Translations under genes and position numbers: made by a program | Part shown: piece by piece, positions 55,283 through 64,000 of the stretch | How positions within the stretch are numbered: the stretch's first letter is position 1 | How the letters are laid out: every line of letters starts with the position of its first letter | Notes under the pieces: model-generated | Seen by the model: only the letters and a program-made list of their open reading frames with translations | Told to the model about the DNA's origin: nothing | Databases searched by the model: none | Source of the DNA: Eledone cirrhosa | Taxonomy: Eukaryota | Reading direction: 5' to 3' | Assembly: GCA_964016885.1 (NCBI GenBank) | Contig: OZ024742.1 | Coordinates: 319,982,001 to 320,046,000 of the forward strand | Length of the DNA stretch: 64,000 nt

Positions 55283-56123
55283 GTACGTATACATATACAT
55301 ATATATAAGTTTAGGAATAACCAAAGAGTGCTTAAAATACATTGTTTTATTTGATATCAGTGTTTCATCCATATCCTATGGCAGGAATCATCAGCGCTTA
55401 TAAACAAAAATATATCAAAGGTTGCAGGCTCCATCGAGCTCAGTCACCAGAACAAGGATAAAGGACAAGTAGGGGGGTCCCAAGGCCAGCGCTATATAGA
55501 AAAACACACAATACATGACGCATATAATGTCATAAAAAAATTACATCGAAAGTTTATCCCTTAAATGGTGCAATAGATCATAAGGAAGTTGAGAGAGGAT
55601 AGCATGAAATGAGTGATGGTGTTACTCAGCATAATCAAAAAACAACAAAAAACAAAACCAAGCATAGACACATCAATTCACAAGCAGTGCAAATACAGGA
55701 TTCACAGGCAGAATATGAAAGCTTGTAAGCAGGAGTCAGTCAAAAGAAAAGTTGGTTAGCTGTGGTGCAGCTTTGCAGGTAGGATTGTCTATAGGAAGGA
55801 TGGTGCACTCCAGTCATATCGCCTTGGAAAAACTACAAATGCTCTGTATAGTCTTAAAAAGACTATTTCGCGAAATTTTCAGTGGGGATGGTCACGGTTG
55901 GAGTCGTTCATCAGCATAGCTCAGACACGATAACCCTAAGGTCTCTGTAGAATATGCCAAAAAGGGAATTTAAAGACAGGCTAGTTCACCTCGTACGTAA
56001 TTATGAAAAATAAACGCACATGGCTGGTGAGACGAATGTATATATATTTATTTAATGTTTATATATATATTTAATGTTTTGATATCTCAAAATGTTTTGA
56101 TATCTCTGAAAGAATCTTTTATA

Positions 56124-56215
<92 letters not shown>

Positions 56216-56221
56216 CGTGTA

Positions 56222-56518
56222 CAGGGTGTCCCCTAAGCTATATACACATTTCAACATATATGTATATATACAGGGTGTCCCTCAAAAATGTATACACACT
56301 TTGATTATCTGTACAGGCAATATTAGAATGCACAGCCTTTCTCAAAAATAAAATGACCTACAGACGTCATTCAATTGTATGTAAGCGCCCAAAAATGTTT
56401 ACGTAATTTATTTTAAAGTATTTTTTGTCTTGCTGTTGAAGTGTGTATATATTTTTGCGGGACACCCTGTCTATATACATATATGTTGAAATGTGTATAT
56501 ATTTTGAGGGACAGCCTG
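56222..56518. mobile_element. Tc1/mariner-type MITE with nested double TIRs (inner 56271-56469); lone related TIR at ~57460
   Basis: CAGGGTGTCCC..ATATACACA twice on the left and the complement twice on the right; outer ends flanked by TA. Confidence 0.8.
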
Positions 56519-56530
56519 TACATACATATA

Positions 56531-56925
56531 AGGTTAAGTTTAAGTTTAAGTCCTCCTTTGGTCAAGGCTGACCATGTGTAGTATACTGTTGTCAGCTCGG
56601 CTGGAGCAGTGTCTCTGGCGGCTAAACAGACTTACACGTGAGTGACAGTCTCTGTCACATTGAATACATCTGTATATGGTCTCTGGTCTGTTAGATTTAT
56701 TGCACTCCTTTCGCCGGGCTCGCTTGTCCGCTGCTGCAGTCATCAAACTCTCCTCTCTTGATTTGAGGTGTTGATTCAGGGTGTTCCACCATCTTTGCTG
56801 GTCAGCTGCGAGGCCCTCCCAGGACTCTGTGATGATCTCAATGGCCTTCATATCTCTCTTCACAATGTCCTTCTATCGCAACCGAGGTCGACCAATAGCA
56901 CTCTTTCCAGAGGCCAGCTGCCCTA
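56531..56925 (-). mobile_element. RTE-clade LINE 3' fragment with C-terminal zinc finger and short repeat tail
   Basis: GQLASG..GRPRLR*KDIVKRDMK..WEGLAAD..YRCIQCDRDCHSRVSLFSRQRHC; tail (CTTAAA)n. Confidence 0.85.
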
Positions 56926-56927
56926 TG

Positions 56928-56991
<64 letters not shown>

Positions 56992-57401
56992 TGTGTGTGT
57001 GTGTAAAATTGAAAAAGTGGAGAATAACATGGTCAACAGTACAAAAAAGGGGATTTATTTACAGTCTAATAATTGTTTCACCGATAAAGATGTCTAAAAT
57101 TTGCTGAACACTAGAAGCAGTGCCACTCAATTTTAAATACGATGTTAGCTCGATCAGATCCTCGGAAACTGTTATAGAAAATATATGTAACCGGCAAATT
57201 TACAAATTCAAATTACTTTTTACTCCACTTTTTCAATTTTATCACTCCAAGATAAACTTACATAGGAATACAAGTGAAATCATAAACTTGTCATCTACGT
57301 AAACCTCTTGTTGAGTCAAACAACGCCGTACGCTAAAACTATCCGTAATAAGAAGTATTCACAACCTCTAACTGGATTACCTGTAACGATATTTTGTTAT
57401 C

Positions 57402-57459
<58 letters not shown>

Positions 57460-57497
57460 TGGATGTCCCCCAAAAATGTATACACACTTCAATACCA

Positions 57498-57571
<74 letters not shown>

Positions 57572-57689
57572 ACATATATATATTGGAGAAAATGGCTGAC
57601 TTAATACACATGTACTTTTTCTCAAAAAAATTGTTTCCGTTCCTTCTTCTTCCCACTATCTTTCTATTTCATCTTTTATTTCTCAATCT

Positions 57690-57726
57690 GTCTTCTGATG
57701 AAGGACTAGTGTCTGAAACGTAAATA
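57690..57726 (+). ncRNA. Minimal hammerhead-like motif; decayed relatives at ~39685-39720 (-) and ~63672-63705 (+)
   Basis: CTGATGA-AGGAC TAGT GTCT-GAAA-CG-TA; stem I poor. Confidence 0.5.
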
Positions 57727-59311
57727 CTCTTTTCCTACTATATCAAGTGTTTAACTAATATATTTCTTCATTATATTTTGTCATTTGCTTTGTTGTTTTC
57801 GTTTACTTTTGGGCGCACAAAAATGATAATAATAAGTTCACAGTAACTTGGACGTTTCACTGATGGTTGGTTATCTCAAACTGTATTCCAGTTTAATGAA
57901 GCTGGCTCTTTGAATTACAATCACAGTCCATCCAACGGGCTTCCAAACAGTTTCCGTCAACCTAATTTTAAAGAACATGTCGCTAACGTTTTCAATTACA
58001 GCTACAGTATATCCGACGGACTTCCAAACTATTTCAGCCACTTGATTTCACTCACAATATTGGATCGACTCGAGGTTGGGATTACTAACACATGCTCAAG
58101 ATACCACAGAGTGGGATTGAACCCGAGACCATATTTTTTAGAAGCAAAATTTTTAACTATTCGGACATGCGTTTCTCCACAAAGAGAAGGGTTGTGTAGG
58201 TGTTAGTCCCGTAAGCATCTATTGTAAAACACTATCTACCCATTCGTTCATCCAATGTCATCCATAGGCTCTGAACTCTTGATTGAATCGTAGGAACACC
58301 ATAATCTTGGGAATTTAAACTTGGCAGAGCTCATCCTTCTCCAGGTAAAAACTCAACCAATTTCTTCCAGAGAAAGAGAAAGAGAGGGAGAAAAGAAGTG
58401 AGAAAGATATATAGTGGAAGACTCGACCCCAGTACACGACTGGTATTTTATTTATCCTTCTCGGAAAGAATGAAAGATAAAGTTGACCTCCGCAGGGATT
58501 TGAACTCAGAGTGGAGAGAACCGGGTCGAAAACATTCTATTTGATGTTCTAACGACTCTGTCAATTCCCCTTTAATTGCAAAACACACAGGACTGTATGA
58601 AACCAATGATACGGGGAAACTGTCTAGACTGAGTGTAGTGTGTACCTATATGTGATAGCAGGAGAAGTACGGGGGAGGAGGATGGTAATGTGTATACTTC
58701 AGTGGATCGATCAATATGTCCTTGCTATTATAATCTGTTTGACTGAATGTCGCTCAGTCTGTGCGAGTCCGTACGTCAGATTCTCCCACCCTTTCTCTCT
58801 CTACCACCTTTCTCTCTCTCTTTATATATATATATGTGTGTGTGCGTGTGTGTGTGTGTATGTGTATGTGTGTGTGTGTGTGTGTGTGCGTGCGTGTGTG
58901 TGTGTGTATGTCTGTGTCTATGTGTGTATGTGTGAGTGCTTCTTTACACACACACATGCACATACATACGCAGAGACAGAGACATGTATGTATGTGTATG
59001 CGTGTATGTATGTGCATGTATATATATATAGAGAGAGGGGGAGGGGGAACAGATTAAACCAAATGGCACGGGAGAAATAAATTAAAGTATATAAATATAC
59101 TTATTCTATATTTTATTTCTATAGACATAGATCCATGTTTCTAGTGAAAATGTGTAAATAAAATAATAAGCACCCACCTTACCTACATCAGCAGGCGATG
59201 GAGTATCCTTGAGTCAACTATGTCCTTCACAAATATGATAAAATATTCTTATGTATTAAGTTCTCTTTCACACATATTCACAAAATCTTGATTATACAGG
59301 AATTGTATTGA

Positions 59312-59408
<97 letters not shown>

Positions 59409-59659
59409 GCGTGTGTGTGTGTAGGAGGTGAGTTTTATTGTAGTACAATAAAGCAATGCAGATATCGGATAAGTAGCACTCTACAGTTTGTAGGACTGGA
59501 TATGTTGATTTAAAACTGCACTAGTCACAAGTGTTTTTTAACCTTCATATCATGTCTCCCTATTTTATCTGACGAAAACGCAAATGTTATTGCATGATGA
59601 TATTTGTTTTTGAAATGCGCATAATAAAATACATGGAACTCTTTTAACCATCTTTTGAT

Positions 59660-59692
<33 letters not shown>

Positions 59693-59696
<4 letters not shown>

Positions 59697-60357
59697 AATT
59701 AAGTTAAAAAAGTGTACATCTACATATGCATACTGAAATACTAGTGTGTATATGAATACACACACGTATACATATGTAGGTGTACCAAGTCTTTCACTGG
59801 TCGCTTTACAGTGAGCGGCCCAGCTATTCTGTATGTAAACACACAGACAAACCGGTTTTTAGAGTCATACTGGTTTTTCGGGGGAACACCTTCCCCCTAT
59901 TCTCCAGAAAGCCAGACAAGGAATATTGAACTAGTTTCGTTGTTGTTACAACTCATCAGCAATATTTACCTATCTACCGGCCTTTCTGGAGAATTGTAAA
60001 AGCACATATCGTTATATGCTTTTTCTATGAAAATTAGTAGTGGGCAGACTAATTTGCATAGAGTGTGAGTACGCACCGGTTCAGCGGAGACGATAAAAAC
60101 AAATAACGAAACGAAATTAAATTTCGTTTCGTTTGTAACTCACTTTTGTATGACTGACGCTTAAACAATTAAGTTAAAAATGTACATCTACATATGCATA
60201 CTGAAATACTAGTGTGTATATGAATACACACACGTATACATATGTAGGTGTACCAAGTCTTTCACTGGTCGCTTTACAGTGAGCGGCCCAGCTATTCTGT
60301 ATGTAAACACACAGACAAACCGGTTTTTAGAGTCATACTGGTTTTTCGGGGGAACAC
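59693..60357 (-). mobile_element. Second locus of the 467-bp retrozyme-like repeat (~1.4 tandem units); HHR at 59922-59966 (-)
   Basis: Near-identical to 35368-35809; unit restarts at ~60163; same left end adjoining (TA)n. Confidence 0.9.
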
Positions 60358-60376
60358 GCGCACACACAAATATATA

Positions 60377-60413
<37 letters not shown>

Positions 60414-60763
60414 GTGTGCGCGTGTGCGCGTGTGTGTGTCTATCCCTGTTCTCTTAGCATTCGACAGCGTATGTGGTGATGTTTGTTTACCTTCCGCATA
60501 AACAGAAATCCCGCTGGTCAAACATGCGAATATCCGTACCTTGCTTAACTAATTTGATACCAAACCGCCTGAAATTAGCCCTGGTTCAAAACCGTTTATT
60601 TTATTTTATAGTTTTTTTTATATTTATCTAAATACCTTCCAGCAGAATTTATTTAAGGACATCTGTTAAGTTATTTTCCAAATATCAACTTGATAATGAA
60701 AAAGTTTGTTCTTTTACCCAATCCCTCCAAAATCTAAAATTATTTGAAAATCATAAAATATGG

Positions 60764-63578
60764 TGTAGTGACCTACATTCCGCGGGTTCACATACATTCT
60801 CTGTGCGTGATTTGGCTCAGTTCAGCCAATCAGCGCCAGTAGAAGAGGATGTATCCCTACGCGCCCTGAGGAAGAAATTCCCCGCGAATATTTGAAGAAT
60901 CTCTCTCTTGTACCAGAAACTTCGAACCAGCAACACGCATAATGTAACGGTGAGATATTGCACCCTAGCCTCGCCGGCTTTTCGGCGCAATGGCACATTC
61001 CCTTTTGTAACCTCTTTTTATCTGTAACTTCAACCATATAAGTTAACAAACATTGTTTGTGCTACATCAAAAATAAACATACATTTCATCTCTAATTTCT
61101 GCTGTTGAAATCATTGTTATGTTACTCGTGTCTCAATAACATCTATAATCCATGCTGCTGGAATTGGCGACCTGACGAAAGGAATATTGTAAATACTGAG
61201 ATGGTAAATAGATCGAGGGACCTTCCCTCACGTCTATGTCGACAAGATAATCCAACGAGGATACTACCATTTTACCACAGTGTGACCACTGGCCACAGCT
61301 ACACTGGACACTGCCACACTAACAACCTTTCATTCTACTACCCTGCTAAAGTGGTGAACACGACTATTCATCCTGCTAAAGTGGTGACCGACGTAAGAAT
61401 TTAACGCAGCCCTTCTTTTTCATTCAGTTGAACTTTCATTGCCACGTTGCCGGCCTTTTCGCAACTTGCGAAGATACAATATATTCATTTCAAAGTTTTT
61501 TTTTTGAAAAATTAGCAGTATTTCAAAAATTTTTCGCCACGAAGAAATTTCAAAATGGCTACCGACAAGTCCTGTCTACGATCAACAACGACAGCAGCAG
61601 CAGCGACAACATTTTTTAGCCACTGACCAAAACAGGGAATAGTGAGTGGCAGCTTCATAGCCTTACCGACGCAAACCACCACACATCGGAAATTTCAAAA
61701 CGGCTTGTAACTTTACCGACGCAACCACCATACCTTCTGTCTCGTTACCACAGGGACTCGAGAAATTGAGACAGTAGTTTTCTCACCATTATGGCGTCAG
61801 ACGTGGCTGCCATGTTTGGTGACTGCTACTCTACAGAAGATTCTTTGACTTTGCTTTAACAATAAGCAACACAACCTTATATCACACAAGGTGGTAAGAC
61901 GGTAAAATGGCCACGAAAACTCTCAAAAACACCATACATCTAACCCCTAACGGCATTAACAAACTTCTTTTTCAGTTTTCAGATAGAACTAGTGTCTGTA
62001 CACTGGTGATGTGTGAACTATTTGACTTTGAAAAATTTTGAACTTATTGAGCAATTTCTCTGCTCCCTTAGATTGACTTTGAATTATCAGTTTGTTACAT
62101 TCACATATTTCTTTGTAGAATGCATTTATTTGTTTTGTGCTCTTTTGCTATTTGCTTGCTCATGGTTTTTGTTCATTCACATTCTTTGCTGTTTTACGTG
62201 CCTGCATATGCACACATTTTTTTATCACACACCAACATGTTGTTCTTGGTATATGTTCTTCAAACGTAATATTCTGCGAGTCCCTTTTCACCTGGTTGAG
62301 GTGCTGTCACATGCTAGCAGCTCACAGAGTTTAATCCACTGGATTCAAACAGGCACCGCAACACGAGAATACTAATTGCAGCTGAACTCAAACAGCTTCG
62401 CATCTCATTGCACACTGATCGTCCATGACGGCCATCCGTCTTGTTGTTTTTGCCCGACTCGCTGGGAAAGCAACAAATTGAACTGGACTTGTCAATATTT
62501 CAGCCACTTCTGTGGATTCGCCCGAATTATGGAATTTACACTGCAACCCACCTACAGATTAAACTTGTTTTTTTTTTCTTTACAAAGCAACCAGCCATTT
62601 TTTCCTGGCTCCACAGCACATTCGACAATACATCTAGGGGCCATCATTTTCTCGCCAGCACTGGTAAACTACCATAATAGCTTCGTTCACAGCTACTGGT
62701 ACAACGCTTACCATTAACATTTAATGCAAGAACAGCAACTTCGCCCATGTCAGACTTTATCTGTTTTCTGGTAGGCCCTTGAGGGTCTCGTTTAAACTAC
62801 AAAACAGCTAGTCATTTGACAGCGGCTCAACACGGCCCGTCGCGCCTAATTTTTTTTGTTCTTGCATGAATCTTTCTGCTCAATTATTTTTTCACTGATG
62901 TGCTCTTTCAGCATTTGTTCTTGCTGATTCAATAATATGTGGGTCCTTGGTTTCTTCGTTATCGATTTTCGGCTGAAAATCTGGTCGGAGGTGATGTAGT
63001 GACCTACATTCCGCGGGATCACATACATTCTCTGTGCGTGATTTGGCTCAGTTCAGCCAATCAGCGCCAGTAGAAGAGGATGTATCCCTACGCGCCTTGA
63101 GGAAGAAATTCCCCGCGAAGATTTGAAGAATCTCTCTCTTGTACCAGAAACTTCGAACCAGCAACACGCATAATGTAACGGTGAGATATTGCACCCTAGC
63201 CTCGCCGGCTTTTCGGCGCAATGGCACATTCCCTTTTGTAACCTCTTTTTATCTGTAACTTCAACCATATAAGTTAACAAACATTGTTTGTGCTACATCA
63301 AAAATAAACATACATTTCATCTCTAATTTCTGCTGTTGAAATCATTGTTATGTTACTCGTGTCTCAATAACATCTATAATCCATGCTGCTGGAATTGGCG
63401 ACCTGACGAAAGGAATATTGTAAATACTGAGATGGTAAATAGATCGAGGGACCTTCCCTCACGTCTATGTCGACAAGATAATCCAACGAGGATACTATCA
63501 CTTACCACACTGGCAACTAACGACCTTCAATCATCTACCCTGTTAAAGTGGCGACTATTCAACTTTCATACTGCTAAA
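60764..63578 (+). mobile_element. Non-autonomous LTR retroelement (Gypsy-like ends): LTRs 60764-61380 and 62995-63578, 1.6-kb internal region with no recognisable ORF, 4-bp TSD ATGG
   Basis: ~500 bp near-identical direct repeats starting TGTAGT, both ending CTGCTAAA; PBS-like TGGTGACCGACG at 61382; GGAGGTGA before the 3' LTR; ATGG at 60760-60763 and 63579-63582. Confidence 0.85.
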
Positions 63579-64000
63579 ATGGTAATAAAAGAGTTTTAAA
63601 ACATGTGAGGTTTGGCAACAGGAGCAACATCCGGCCATAGCAACTGTCACCTCTTATACCTTTCCTCCACTCTCATACGAAGGACAAAAGCCTGAAACGT
63701 AAGATTCTACACTCTTCGTAACAAATGAATTTACTAAACTCTCCTACTTGACTGTCATAATCTACTGTTTACATGGTTTACTCTCTCTCTCTTCCATGTC
63801 TTTGTCACCATTCTGTCTACTTAACAATTTAAGACCATACAAAAACCGTCGTAGTCCTTATTGCGTATATTTCATAATAGTAGTACGGTCTATTATAGCG
63901 TGCTGTCAAAAAGATTCGTCGTACATCAACGACCTATTCACTGACACAATTCCACTACATCATCATCATCATTATCATCGTCGACGTCGTCGTTGTCTTT

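Noticed and set aside
61165-61245. CTGACGA in the LTR as a hammerhead core
   Set aside because: No correctly placed GAAA or stem III.

Overview
Repeat-dominated animal genomic DNA with no recognisable host gene. The SINE-like sequences and microsatellite load suggest an octopus or other cephalopod (inference only). 1-14 kb: two long C/A-rich minisatellite arrays (~41 bp and ~51 bp units). 14.3-33.5 kb: five L1-group/Tx1-clade non-LTR retrotransposon copies (A-E), all on the minus strand and separated only by (GATA)n tracts; one is fully intact (ORF1 638 aa, ORF2 1145 aa). They look like a (GATA)n/(TATC)n-targeting lineage. They share 5' and 3' UTR hairpins, and candidate splice sites bracket the whole of ORF2. 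33.5-64 kb: (AT)n/(AC)n-rich patchwork of RTE and Penelope fragments, SINEs, MITEs, palindromes and a non-autonomous LTR element. This half also holds more than a dozen hammerhead-ribozyme (HHR)-like motifs, including a 467-bp, highly self-complementary, HHR-bounded tandem unit (retrozyme-like) at two loci with compensatory base changes. All alignments and folds were done by eye.
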